This document shows, in pieces, positions 1 through 12,748 of a DNA stretch of 64,000 nt. The translations under genes were made by a program, and so were the position numbers. Positions within the stretch are counted from its first letter, which is position 1, and every line of letters starts with the position of its first letter. A model generated the notes under the pieces. That model saw only the letters and a program-made list of their open reading frames with translations. It made no database searches and was not told where the DNA came from. The stretch comes from Eledone cirrhosa (lineage: Eukaryota), in contig OZ024742.1 of NCBI GenBank assembly GCA_964016885.1, positions 95,976,001 through 96,040,000 of the forward strand, in the 5' to 3' direction.

Positions 1-109
1 TAACGTCCGTTATATCATAACATTCATCACATCGCTTATATAAACGTTCATATATTTGTATCGTTATATAAGGTTTATATTTCTGTCGCTAATTTTCTCC
101 TTTTTCATA

Positions 110-349
110 GCATTTTAGTTTATCATATATGCAGTTTATATATAATATTGTCTTCTTTTAATGTATCATGGATTACGTTACTGATTACGGAAGAGAGTGT
201 AACACAGACTTCGTTCAATTTCTGTGCATATTGTCAATTACGATTTTATTTGACGTATCATATCTATATGCATATATATTTGCGTATAATATCAATATGG
301 ACACTACACATGCTAGCAGAAAACCACCGAATGGTGGTTTTTCTGCTAG
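110..349 (+). mobile_element. Non-autonomous Helitron, 3' end (5' boundary unclear, may extend beyond the window start)
   Basis: Ends in hairpin CTAGCAGAAAACCACC-GAAT-GGTGGTTTTTCTGCTAG followed by T (CTAG|T at 346-350). About 130-349 is the reverse complement of about 18651-18855. Confidence 0.7.
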
Positions 350-1255
350 TTCTCATAATACAAGCTGTACAAATACATCAATGCATTTAAACCGTGCTTA
401 CGTAGAACCACTAATCATCATCCACATTCTAATTTAGTAAGGAACTAAAGAGGTAGCTGCAACTGTAGAAACCCTGTGACTTGCCCCCTTAATTGATACA
501 TACTTAGAATAGCCCAGGCATTCTGGTTTGGAAACAGTAGCTGTAATGTGTGTCTCATCGAATGCTTTTTAATAATTAAATCTCATTCACCAAACTTAAA
601 CAGTAAATCCGAAATTCTCTCTAATTTCCTACATAAGAATTCATATTCTTTTTATTATAGTAAATATGACCCTACTTATTATATTATAGTAACCTATTAT
701 GCCCTTCTTCCTTTTTCTTGGTTGCTTCTATCTAATCTTACACCTACGGGTTATAAATCAAACGTTACTAATAATTATACCATATCACTTAAATTTCATA
801 ATAGGCGATTGAACTCATAGTAAAAGTCTTATCTACATAACAGTTAATCGGGAACACATCCTACTTGCTGACACATGAATTATTATTAGTATTCATTCTA
901 TATTAGAATTATAGGACCTTGTTAATTTATCAGCGCATCCAGCTTTGTACTTCCTCCTATATAATCGCCTGTTATAACCATTAAGTGTGTATCTGAAATA
1001 TTTAAATTCATTCATGTAAGTTACTTAATATGAGATTTAAATACAATAATTAAGGACACTACTTCTTTCCATTCCTTTACATTCTCTCTTATGCCTCCCC
1101 CACTGGTGATTAATTGTTATTAACAAGTAACTCGTTAAGTCTATCAAAGATATTATAATATCTACATACTTATGTATAATCTATTACTGCAATGAGAGCT
1201 CGCATAAACGACAGTCCTGTAATATGTATTTACTACACAGTCATTTAACCGATCA

Positions 1256-1440
1256 TGGATTGGCAGTATCGGTAGAGGGTCGGACGCCATGCTTTCCAGC
1301 ATAGTTACGTCCCTTTACGATCTGAGTTCAAATCCCGCCGAGGTTGACTTTGCCTTTCATCCTTACGGGGTCGATAAAATAAAGTACCAGTAATGCACTG
1401 GGTGATTGCTGGCCTTGTGCCTAAAGTAGAAACAATTATT
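1256..1440 (+). mobile_element. Young tRNA-derived SINE (family A), copy 1 of a head-to-tail dimer
   Basis: A-box-like TGGCAGTATCGG, B-box GAGTTCAAATCCC, central GCCTTTCATCCTTACGGGGTCGATAAAATAAAGTACCAG, 3' end GTAGAAACAATTA. More than 10 homologous copies in the window. Confidence 0.9.
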
Positions 1441-1442
1441 TA

Positions 1443-1625
1443 TGAATTGGCAGTATCGGTAGAGGGTCAGACATGCTTTCCAGCATAGTTACGTCCCTTT
1501 ACGATCTGAGTTCAAATCCCGCCGAGGTTAACTTTGCCTTTCATCCTTATGAGGTCGATAAAATAAAGTACCAGTAATGTACTGAGTAATTGCTGGCCTT
1601 GTGCCAAAAGTAGAAACAATTATTT
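1443..1625 (+). mobile_element. SINE family A, copy 2 of the dimer
   Basis: Direct repeat of 1256-1440 with a few substitutions and a short deletion. Confidence 0.9.
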
Positions 1626-2123
1626 AATGAGGGCACTGTAAATATCACGCTGATCTGATATTTCACATTGCACTATAACGGAAGTTTTGTTCATATATCA
1701 ACTCGTGTTTGCCATTATATGCGGAGGTTACAACACAAAGATAAATATTTCATGGGTTACTTTCAGAAAATAACTCTGCACATAATATTTCACCTTATTA
1801 ATACCAGTTATCCAGTTATGGTATAACAGCATTTTTGTTTATATGTCACCACTTTCTTGGGTTATATATGAAAAATCAGTGTGAGTAAAATGTTCATGTT
1901 TACAAGTAATTTAAATATTATTGTTATTTCAATCTGCGTATTTCATTTTTTTAACAATAAGCTTCTTTACTGTGAAACTTTACCTTTAATACTTATATTA
2001 ATAAACTTTTCCCTCATTACTCAAATCACTTGCTCAATATTCTTTGTGTTCTGTTCGCTTTTCGAAAGCTCGTTATATTTTTATTTGTTATTCTTCTTGA
2101 TGAGTTAAATAATTCAATATATG

Positions 2124-2489
2124 TGTAGCGGTTGTCTCCCTTGTTTTGATTGGGATCTAGACGGGAGGTGGAACCCTTTCTGCGACTTCCGGTCAGAGCC
2201 CTATAAAACTAACAACTTTAAGCTTCCTTTCTCTCTTTGCCTTTTCGGCACCTGGTCAAGAGCCTCACATTTGGCTCTGCCATTAATTTGGCCAACAGGC
2301 GCCTGGCCTTAGCCAGGCGCCCTCTGCCAGCCGCGTTTGCCTGGCAATCAAAACGGTAACTACTAACTTTGTTTCATTCTAACATCTATCTTTGACATGT
2401 CAAGTATACTATCTACCGTTAATTAAATATTATACACACAAACCATCTCTCGTTTTGTTACATTCATACAACCTAGTATCTGCGCTATA
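2124..2489 (+). mobile_element. Solo LTR of an LTR retrotransposon (Gypsy-like)
   Basis: Starts TGTAGCG and ends CGCTATA (near-inverted terminus). 4-bp TSD TATG at 2120-2123 and 2490-2493. Internal TATAAAA (2202) and ATTAAA (2422). GC-richer than flanks. Confidence 0.7.
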
Positions 2490-2884
2490 TATGTATATAT
2501 CTATATTTCCTGAAGAAATTGAGATGTTTTATTGTGTGCCATTTAAATTAATAATTGTTCAACGGATTAATTGATTAATTCTATGTACTGGTACTACATT
2601 TATCTCAATAGAAACAATTAAAGAAATTAAAGACAGAATTTGATTAACAAACTTAGTTTGCGTTTTTGTATTAATAATGAAATATATATATATATATGTA
2701 TATATTTCATGGAAACAACATAACAGAAGTAGAAAAAGTCTTATTAGTTTCACGCTTTATATGAAAAAGGGTAAAGAAAGTTCAATGTGTTGGGCTTCAG
2801 CCCCTCTTCAGGAGTACAAAAATAGAGACAGGATAGATACTGAAAATAAAAGGTATTGCAAGTAAAAAAGAAAAACGAAAATAA

Positions 2885-3069
2885 TTGTTTCTACTTTTGG
2901 CACAAGGCCAGCTATTATCCCAGTGTATTACTGGTACTTTATTTTATCGATCCCGTAAGGATGAAAGGCAAAGTTAACCTCGGCGGGATTTGAACTCAGA
3001 TCATAAAGGGCCGTAACTCTTTGCTACAAAAGCATGGCGTCCGACCCTCTACCGATACTGCCAATCCAT
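2885..3069 (-). mobile_element. SINE family A, full length
   Basis: Reverse complement of 1256-1440. TSD CGAAAATAA at 2876-2884 and 3070-3078. Confidence 0.9.
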
Positions 3070-3129
3070 CGAAAATAAGAAGAGTAAACCAGTCAAACCG
3101 TTAGGTAGTCTTGATACCAATTTTGGAAT

Positions 3130-3485
3130 GCAAAGTGAAATGTGTGTATCAGTGTCGATATTATGTGTGCATGTATGTGTATGTTTAAACGTGTTTTTTA
3201 TAAAGGTTTATTGTGTAAAGTATCAAGTTTTGTGTGTGTTATGCTTATATCCGTGTGATGTGTGTTTGTGGACTTTTATGTGTTAGTGAATGTAAGTTTG
3301 AATGTGTGTTGTATATATGTGTGTTGAAGGTTATTTTGTGTCTGCATATGTTCGTGAGATGTGTGGATTTGTGTGTGTGAGTGTATGATTAAATTTTAAC
3401 GTGTATGTGTAAAGTATCTAACTGTGATTTGTATGTATTAACGAGTTTGTGACTAAGATAAACGAAGTATGTTTAGTGTGTGGTA
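3130..3485. repeat. Degenerate (TG)-rich low-complexity tract
   Basis: Interrupted TG/TA dinucleotide runs. Confidence 0.7.
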
Positions 3486-3519
3486 GAGAGTAAATTGTAG
3501 AGCAAACAAAATGAAGATG

Positions 3520-3740
3520 GGTGCGGCATTAAGGTTAGGGGGATGACAAGTTTGTAAAAAAAATATAAGTTGCTGTTCTCTATGCCAGCATGAGTCAGAT
3601 GGTCCAGCAGAATGTGCAAAACACTGAGGTGGCATCTGAAGTGGCTGGTGGAGGGAAAATGTTGGGAGATCAGAGTCAGGTTGCTGACCCGGATGTCTCG
3701 AAGGTGTTCAGCAAATCTGTCGGTGCAGAACACATTCTAA
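3520..3740 (-). pseudogene. Penelope-like element GIY-YIG endonuclease C-terminal remnant (frameshifted)
   Basis: Two minus frames give RFAEHLRDIR...SQHFPSTSH and WHREQQLIFFLQTCHPPNLN, matching the PLE GIY-YIG tail pattern R.EH...HF...RE...I..L.T..P.GLN. Confidence 0.7.
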
Positions 3741-3932
3741 CTGATGAAAGAAGTCAAGTGATCCCTTTATGTACGCTTATTTTGTGGGATGGGGTAAGGA
3801 GATGAATAAATAAATGGATAGACAAATGGGTAGAATATTTACATAGAAACGACTTCTACAGGACAGGAATTCCCTGATGATTTCATACCACAACTAGAAA
3901 TGGAACAATTCTAATCAATTAGAAGTCATCTC

Positions 3933-3974
<42 letters not shown>

Positions 3975-4091
3975 ATTGATGTGTAACATTTAGTTACAAT
4001 TGTTTCATCAGTTTAAGCACTCAATGTTAATATGAATTTGGCAACTGATGTGGTATTCTACGTTTGGTATCATTAAGAAGCAGTGTTAATA

Positions 4092-4281
4092 GTTGTTTCT
4101 ACTTTTGGCACAAGCCAGCAATTACCCAAGTGCATTACTGGTTTATCTATTTTATCAGCCCCATAAGTATGAAAGGTAAAGTTAACTTCAGCAGGATTTG
4201 AACTGAGAACGTAAAGGGCCATAACTCGTTACTGTAAAGCATGGTGTCCGACACTCTACCAATACTGTCAATCCACTGCAG
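4092..4281 (-). mobile_element. SINE family A, older copy
   Basis: Homologous to 2885-3069. TSD AGTGTTAATA at 4082-4091 and 4282-4291. Confidence 0.85.
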
Positions 4282-4683
4282 AGTGTTAATAATAGTAATA
4301 ATAAAGGGCAGGAAAGAAGAATCAACATAACATTATTATGTTTATTCACACATGGCACAATTGGTACAATTGGAAGTGATCACACCCAACTCTGGAATCA
4401 ATAGCTCATCAGACTTGTGAATTCTCGAATCCCTCACTTTCTGAAGGAGGGGAATATATATATATGTGTGGTGTATTCACCACTTTAATGTTGTTTTCAA
4501 TGCCAAAATCAAAACAAAATAAGCCTGTGTATAATTAGATGAACATGAACAAATTTGCCTCAGTTAATTTGGTATTTTCGTGATTACAAATCAGGTTCAT
4601 TTCAGGAAGAAAATGTTCTAGAATATTTTAGTGTTGTACTTGTCTTGCAAGTAACTTGATCCGAGTCTGTATGATGAAACTGA

Positions 4684-4901
4684 AGCAATTATATGAAGGA
4701 AGTATCACTTTAGCCATTCAAAAACACATAAAAACTGTTAACATCACTTTACATTTATCATTTATTTCATGCTGTAAAAATTTCACTGCAATATTTGTGT
4801 TAAAAAGTTTTACAGCAAGAAATAAATGATAAATGTAAAGTGAATTTAATAGTTTTCATGTTTTTGAATGGCTAATATGACTCTTCCATGGTGTAATTGC
4901 T
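4684..4901. repeat. Fold-back inverted repeat (arms about 95 bp)
   Basis: AGCCATTCAAAAAC...CACTTTACATTTATCATTTATTTC..GCTGTAAAA pairs with TTTTACAGC..GAAATAAATGATAAATGTAAAGTG...GTTTTTGAATGGCT. Confidence 0.85.
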
Positions 4902-5479
4902 GTTCCTAAACATTCATCATCAGGACCAAGATTTACAAATCAATAATCCTCCAAGACCCTTTTTTACTATTGAAATATAAGAAAAAAAACTTTTCAAAAA
5001 TGAAATAAGACTAACATTTGATAAATTTCTTGGTGTATGATACATTTGTTCTGTCAATATCAAATTATTGTTTTCTCCTCACTATTAAATCCTGTGAATA
5101 AATCAATGTCATTTAACCAAGGCAGTCTAACATGTTTGTTACCAAACCAGATATTCATCTAAAAAGCTTCCATCATAATTCTATGCAAAATCTTTTCCTA
5201 AGTTATGTTGCTAACATTGGCTTAATACTTTTGATACCAAACTGAAACCACCTCTGGTTCTATGCTACAGTTCATTTTAAAGAGCTTATATTTATCTAAA
5301 AACCTTCCATCATAATTTATAATATATATTGATAACAATTTAAGGGACGAAAGCTGGCAACAATGGTTGGGAGTATCAGCAGGAAAGTGTCACCTGCTGT
5401 TAAGTTAGTTACTATGGAGATATTGAACTATCGTTCATTCACTGTATTTCTCTCTCAACATTTCGTATGAGAAAAATAG

Positions 5480-5550
5480 TGTCAGTTTACGAACATTATG
5501 GCTGAATGCCCTTCAGGAACGAATTAAGTTCATGAACTCAGGTTCCACTG
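5480..5550 (-). mobile_element. Tc1/mariner (Tigger/pogo-like) MITE terminus, one end only
   Basis: Minus strand reads TA|CAGTGGAACCTGAGTTCATGAACTTAATTCGTTCC. Partner TIR not found. Confidence 0.5.
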
Positions 5551-6071
5551 TATATACATATAATTACTGATTTTCATTTGTTTGGTGTATCAATTGGTAG
5601 TGCGAAGAGGTACCTCAAGCTATCGATCCACTAATTACTTTATTAATGTTTGTGTGACTTTCTCGAAGTTTGTTAGATTCAGACATCCGAGATAATCACT
5701 GATAGAATATAAACATCACTCTTTCAACTGACTTTATATTTGTCTTGATTGTCTTTTGGTTTATTTGGTTCGATTTCATTATTTAACCCTCTCACTTCAA
5801 TATTTCTAAAGAAAAACACTCCTTATCTCTTTTACTGATTTCAGTCATATGACTGCTCTGTTGGGGGCACCATTTTAAAGGGATGTAGTTGATCATATTA
5901 ACCTCGGTACTTATTTTATCAATCTATATTTTGTTGAAACGCTAAGGTAAATTACACAGGCACACATACACACATATCATTGTCATCATCATTACCGTTT
6001 AACATCCATTCTTCCACGCTAGCATGGATTATATATATACATATGTGTGTCTATGTACAAATATGTGTATA

Positions 6072-6124
<53 letters not shown>

Positions 6125-6654
6125 CACACAAGAAACAAGCATCATACATATATGTTGTGATACCTTAAGTTAGTATATGAATGCTCTACATTCTTAATTT
6201 GTTAAGCTGACCAACAAAGTACTCTGACTAGTACTTCACACTTCTTTCTAGCAGATATGACGTCCAGTCCTGTTTATATCTGCTGCCACAGTTAAAAAGT
6301 TCTTACACCATGCTGTCTACGGTGCTGGCCTAACTCTTGGATCCCAATAGATATAAAATCATTTTGTACTCTATACTCTATTGGAAGTTTATTCAAAGAC
6401 GGAATTCCTCCTTCAGGTTTATTTAAAACTCTGTTATGCATATTTCACTGAGGACTATCTGTTATGATAATCTGAGCTCTTCAGATGGCAACATCTATAA
6501 AAACTTGAAAATAATGAAAGTTCCTAAAAACATTCCCTAAATAATAAAAAAAAATTCAAAACTTTCTCGAAAAGAATGGTCCACACATCCTTGCTCAGTT
6601 AATCTCATATTCTCTCTTCCACTCTCTCTGTATATATATGTAGAGAGAGAGACA

Positions 6655-6808
6655 ATTGGATTCTGCAGTTTTTATGTAGCAAATTTCACTAGGAATTCAT
6701 TGATCAGCCTCTTGTGAGAGTAGAAGACAATTGCCCAACTGGCCACACAGTGGAAGTGGACCAAAAAACAAGTAGCAAACTACTTAACCACCCTGCCACG
6801 CCTGCAGC
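6655..6808 (-). mobile_element. Old CORE-like tRNA-SINE (family B)
   Basis: Minus strand GCAGGCGTGGCAGGGTGGTTAAG...CACTGTGTGGCCAGTTGGGCAATTGTCTTCTAC. Related decayed copies at about 12240-12365(-), 18115-18340(-), 23866-24025(+), 28565-28650(+). Confidence 0.6.
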
Positions 6809-8199
6809 TGACATTGCTTTCTTTTACATTCATGTTTTGATTTTGTGATTTCAGGTTTTCAATGACATCATTCTAGTGATAAAATCCTGCTCATTATTGT
6901 CATAAAAATGTTGAAATACCCCAGAATTTGAAGAAATTTAGAGATATACCTACATTTTTAATATATTTGTAACCATATATCTCATGATCAGGCACTGTAA
7001 CTTTATACAGAATTAGTAAAATAATTTTGTCATTATTAAGTTGATTTTTATGATCTTACATAAAAATTTGATAGTAGATGTTTTAGATAAATATAAGCAA
7101 TTTAATGTATACAGATACTTATCACAGAGCCAAAGGTAGTTTCATCAGTTTGGCATCATAACAAAGGTTGTTACAGTTAACAGGAAGTGTAGTAATGCAT
7201 ATAGCTGAGGTGTTTATACATTGAAATGTTGCTGATATACATAAAGGTCTTAAACTTATGTGTTTTATTGTATAGCCCACTATACTAAAGTTTATTGAGA
7301 TAAATGACATTCTTGTTGTGTTTATATTGTAACTATCTACCGAAGCTGTTGTTTTGATTAGTATTTTGTTTTCTTTATTTTCATAGCCATTAACCCATAA
7401 CATCCTGTATCTCATAAAACAACATTAGCAAGATATTCTTAAAATATGCAAAACAGGAAGATGATTGCATTTCAATAAAAAATTAATTATTTAATCTAAC
7501 ACTGCAAATTTTCACAATGGTCTGTCCACTATTAAAGTCACTATAAGCATTGGAATTGAGAGAGCCCCACTTTTAAAGACATTTTCTTCTAAAAACATTA
7601 CACCATGGTAGGAGTTAATATATAATATTCTTATTCTCATAGTTTTTGTTCTTTTTATAATATTAGGATTATTATTATCATTAGAGAATCGGCATGGCAG
7701 AGCGTTGGATTAAATACCTTGGTGTTTATTCCAGCTCTCTGCACTCTATACTCAAATTCAGCTTTAAAGATTATGATTGCCCTATGTGTTTCTCTTCTGT
7801 CACTTGAAACACCTATTTCATTACAAATTGCAACCATTCTTTTCCTGTACCCTCTCTTATTTGATTCACTCATGAAGTAGTATTTCATTACCAACTTGTT
7901 AAGTTCTTTGTCAAGGTGGTTGTAGATAGTTTCTCTTGCCTTTATATTTCATAATTTCCTGAGAGTGTTATTAGTTGGTAGAATCAGGAGGATGCTAATT
8001 GGCTGAAGAAGCTTTCCTCTAAATACAGCAGAGTTCATTTAAGTTTAATTGCACATATGATTGTAACAATGGGTGATTTGTTGCACTACCACCAATCATT
8101 ATTGTTATATTATTATCATCATTTTGATATCTTAGTCATTGTTGTTATTCAATTGGAAAATTTACCCTAATGAACATCAAACCGCTGCCTGCAGCATCA

Positions 8200-9130
8200 A
8201 ATATTCACAACATATCAGAAGGTCCTTACTGTTCTGAGTAGGCATATCTTCTGGAGTGTTCCAAAAAGGGCGCTTGGCTAATGTTCTTTAATCAGCTATG
8301 GAAGCTCTTTGAGATAGTACTTAGTGTTCCTGTGATGATGGGGACTACCTTGATCTCATGACAGTTCCAAATTCTTTTCAGTTCCCACTTTAAATCCTGG
8401 TACCAGTTAATATTCTCCTTCACCTTTTCTTGCAAAGAGGCAAGTTACATTCATAATCAAACAATATGTTTTTTCATTGTAAAAAACTACTAGGTTAGAC
8501 CTATTGTGTTCTAATTCTTTGTCAATTTGTATCCTGAATAACACAACTTCACCTGATCGTTTTCTCTCACTGAATCTGGCTTATGCACATACCATTTCTC
8601 AGAATGAGGTAATTTGTTCAGTTTGCATAAATCCCAGTGAAACACTTTTTCTATCTTATGCCTCCATCCTTTACAGTGAGTCTCAGCTAGGTATCCACAC
8701 TCAGATACGATGTGAATCACAGTTTCCTCTCTCTCCACAGATCCTACAAAGTGGGCTAGCCTCCTCCTTTTCAATATGGTGTTTCATCCACTTCATTCTA
8801 AGGGTTGCTCCTGTGCACCCTGAAGCATTTTCTCTGTGGCTTTATTGAGGCCCCCTTTCTTTAACCAGTTCCATGCTTGCAGATCTCTGAATTCTGTTTT
8901 CTTTAAAAAGATGCTATGAAGCCCTTTCATTCAAGTTGCTCTTCCTATTTGTTCTTACATCTTTCTTGGACATTCCCTGGTCTATTGTCTCCTCATTCAA
9001 TACAGCTTTAAGCATTGGTTCAATACTCTCAGACACATATTGTGTAGACAGCTCTTCTCCATCTGAACACAGTCCTCCATGCTGATTTGACTTCTTCCAA
9101 CTTCAGATCTCCTAAAGTACAATCTATCAA
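8200..9130 (-). mobile_element. R4/Dong-clade non-LTR retrotransposon 3' remnant (zinc knuckle + restriction-like endonuclease region)
   Basis: ORF 8511-8774: ETVIHIVSECGYLA...WRHKIEKVFHWDLCK..KWYVHKPDSVRENDQVKL. Homologous to 50381-50599. Many stops and frameshifts. Confidence 0.75.
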
Positions 9131-9185
9131 CCCTTCTTATAAAACATACTGTAGGTAGTCAATTCATTATCATTATAGAATATGT

Positions 9186-9390
9186 TGGATTAGCAGAATC
9201 GGTAGAGCATCGGACACCATGTGTTATGCCCTTTACGTTCTGACTTCAAATCCAGCCAAGGTTAGTTTTGCCTTTTGTCCTTACAGGGTCAATAAAATAA
9301 AGTACCAGTAATGCCCTGAGGTCAATTTAATCGACTTTCCCCTCCCCTAAAATTGCTGGCCTTGTGACTATAGTAGAAATCATTATTATT
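9186..9390 (+). mobile_element. SINE family A, longer (older) subfamily
   Basis: Same head and core, plus extra GGTCAATTTAATCGACTTTCCCCTCCCCTAAA before the 3' end. Confidence 0.8.
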
Positions 9391-9479
9391 ATCATTATCA
9401 AATCATAAAGGCCCATAGCTCTATGCTGCAGAGTTATGCTCCTTTATGTTCTGAGTTCAAATCTCGCCGAAAGGAAGGA

Positions 9480-9800
9480 AGTAAGAATTTTGCTGAGTGT
9501 GCAGGATGCTGTTCAATTAGAAGAAAGTGGTATGCACTTCTACATAAAAAATAAGAAAGAAAAACTTATATTGGAGGGCCATGAGATTGAGATATCTAGG
9601 ATGTGACAATTAAAATCTAAAATCATTCCTGTTGTTGTGAGTACCTTGAGGAATGATCAAGAAAGGTACTGACAATTTTTTTTTACACATCCCAGGGAAA
9701 TCTACAATGTACAAGGTTAAAAAAGTTGTGCTGACAACAACTGCTCACCATCTTGGGAAGTTTCTCTCTATCTAATTTATACGTGCCTTAAGTCTTTGGT
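9480..9800 (+). mobile_element. R4/Dong-clade 3' remnant
   Basis: Decayed KIIPVVVSTL..MIKKGT...IPG...KKVVLTTTAH; similar to the peptide at 29461-29633. Confidence 0.55.
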
Positions 9801-11424
9801 TGAGACCTGGCTGAAAGATGAAAGAAAATGGAAATCAAACGAAAAGTAAAAAAAGAATTATAATATTACCATCATCATCATATAAGTTGGTGTTTCTAGT
9901 GAATAGCAGTAAGATTCCTGTAATAGTGCAGGCAACTTGATAGTTATAATAAAGTAAAAATGGCTGCACAGCATAAATTTAGTAGAAGAGTAATTCCAAG
10001 TTAAAAACTATAAAGAATAGAAAGACAAAACAATAAAAACACAAACTTAAAGAACAGAGTAGACAGATATTACGACAAAATCCTCCTCACAGACAATATC
10101 AAAGACACTGTTATTGCTACTTGTATGTGATTTTAGCTTTTAATTAGCAGCAAACGCTGAAAGAAGATTAGAGTTGTCCATTTTGAGTTTTTAGTTAGGC
10201 AGCAATATAAATGGCTTATATAAACATCCATTGTAAACTGTGTAAAAACATAAGATAAACTCTCCCAGCTATTTAAGACTGAAGCATGGTTTCAATTTCC
10301 CCATTGTAGTTAATGATTTGACTCAAATATCTAATTCCCATGGGTCAGATAAGGTATCAATTATGTAGACTACAAGGTGGGTTCTTTCAGGAATTTATGA
10401 CTGAGACAGGACTTCAATTTCACTCACATAATTAATTTCCATTGTCCAAATAGGGAATCAACTATGAAGAGTACAAATGAAATTCTGAATTGGCAGAATC
10501 TTTAGAGCATCATTTTTATAATTATTTTGCATCAATTTTCCATGCTGGCATAGGTTGAATGACTTGTAATAGTTTGAAACTATATGTGTCAGAAAATGTT
10601 GTTCATACATTTCATATTTTGATGCTCTTCCTAACACTAACCACTTTACATAGTGCACTGAGAGTCCTTGTTTCATGGTACCAGTAATAGGCTGGTTGTT
10701 ATGTGTTTGACAAGTCTTAAGAGTTCTCTTCACTCTATATCCTCTCCAATTGATCAACAACAACATTACAGAGTATACTGTGTATATTTTAGCATGACCC
10801 CCAACACGATCAAAGTTATCAAGTCTTTGACAAAGTCAGTGTCTTCTCTCAGCAACATTGTCTTAGTTTATTTGTTGGCAGTAAGTGTGAGATTATAGAT
10901 TTTAATTAGCAGCTAGCAATGACAGAAGATTATAGTTATTCATTTTTTTTTTTCAATTAGACTGTGAGATAAATGGCTTATATAAAAATGTATAAGCTGT
11001 GTAAAAATACAAGGTAAAATCTCCCAGCTATTTAAGACTAAATCATGATTTCAATTTTATCACTGTAGCTAATAATTTAACTCACCTAACTAATTTTAAT
11101 TGACCAGATAGGGTGTCAACTATGTAGAATACAAGGTAAACTCTCACAACTATTTAAGACTGAGGTTTGATTTCAATTTTAACACTGCAGCTTATTGTTT
11201 AACTCACATAACTAATTTCCATGTGAAAGATAAGGTATCAGCAATTTAAAATAAAATGTAGGACCTCTCAACTATTTAAGTCTGTTGCATGATTTCAATT
11301 TTCTCAGAAATGTTTGTGGTAATGAATTCCCTATTTTGTTTGGCAGGATGACAAAATATTTGCTTCACATGCTGTGATATAATTATATCCTTAATAATAG
11401 TATATTATAATTACTAATATAAAA

Positions 11425-11647
11425 CTAACCTTTTTGATAGCAAACCATCCCTGAAAACATTTATTTCTAAATGCTTGAATTTATTTTTAAAATTATCATC
11501 ATAAGAATCTTTACTAAGTTATGTTCCAAACATCAATTTAATAAAGCGAAACTATTGTTAAATCCCTCTAAATTCTTGTTTCTTTTCAGAAGAATTCGAA
11601 AGATATTGGTGCTGTTTTCATTAGAAATATAGTAGTGACAAATTTAA
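11425..11647 (+). mobile_element. TTAA/piggyBac-like MITE (family M), decayed
   Basis: TAACCTTTTTGATAG start and shared body ...AGTTATGTTCCAAACA...TCATTAGAAATATAGTA with other family M copies. Confidence 0.6.
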
Positions 11648-12486
11648 AGCTCACTACATGTGAGGTTCATGTGTTGCACTGCAAACTATGAGATCAAAAA
11701 GTCAAATTCTTATTACAGTTACGTTGTTATAATCTCTGCAAGGCATATTTTTTCATTGTAGTTAATTACTTAATTCCTACAACTAATTTCTATGAGACCG
11801 ATTATTGTGCAAACTACAGAGAATAAAAGATGAGATCTCATCTATTTAAGACTACAACCTTATTTCAGTTTCCACAATATGCTTTGAGATAACAACATCA
11901 TCATCAATATCATCATCATTTAAAGATAATAACAATATTACCTGAAAACATTTATTATTTTATAAACAGAAATAAATAAGAAAAAACTCTCCACCCTTGC
12001 CTAGGCAGTATTTTGCCTCCCAGGAATTGAAATGTTTGCTTGTCTTGCTACGATATATGAAAACACTTTGAATTGTTGTAATGAAAAAGTACTATAATTA
12101 CTAACATAGCATTAAAGCCCAATATTTGGTGAACGTCCATCAGTTTTGACAACGTGTGTTTTGGGTTTTCAGCTGCTCATGGAATTGTGTACACAAACTG
12201 TAAGGATGGCCCTTTGAATTACAGATACAGTCCATCAGAAAGGCTTTCAAACAGTTTCTGTCTCCCCAGTTTCACTTACACACTTGCCCAAGATGCCATG
12301 AAGTGGAATCAAACCTGGGACCTAACAGTTGCATGGCAAACTTCTTAATAAATTGGCTATGCTACAAATCCTAAAGTTCAATACATTAATGTACTGGACA
12401 TAAGTTCAAATCCTATTACAGACATGTAGAATATAAGGGAAACTTGTCCAAATATTTATGACTATGACTCAATTTCTATTCTCACA

Positions 12487-12748
12487 TTTTAGCTAATATA
12501 CCAAACCATCTGAAATTGTTCCTGGTTCTACAGTACAAAACTATTACAAAATGTTTATATCTATCTAAAAATCTTCCATCATAATCTTCTGTCAGAATAT
12601 TTACTAATATTTAATAGTTATGCTCTCAACACAATTTTGATAATGAGAAAGTTAGTTATATTACTAAATCCTTGCCAATTCTTGATTATATTAAAATGAT
12701 TGAAAATCATAGAGTCCATCATTAGAAATATTGTAATGAAAAGGTTAA
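12487..12748 (+). mobile_element. TTAA/piggyBac-like MITE (family M)
   Basis: Family M body; ends GAAAAGG|TTAA. Confidence 0.65.

Noticed and set aside
1256-1345. tRNA gene
   Set aside because: A/B boxes are present but there is no cloverleaf; it is the head of a multi-copy SINE.
3590-3805. Plus-strand 71-aa ORF MSQMVQQNVQ.. as a host exon
   Set aside because: Better explained as the antisense of the Penelope GIY-YIG remnant on the minus strand.
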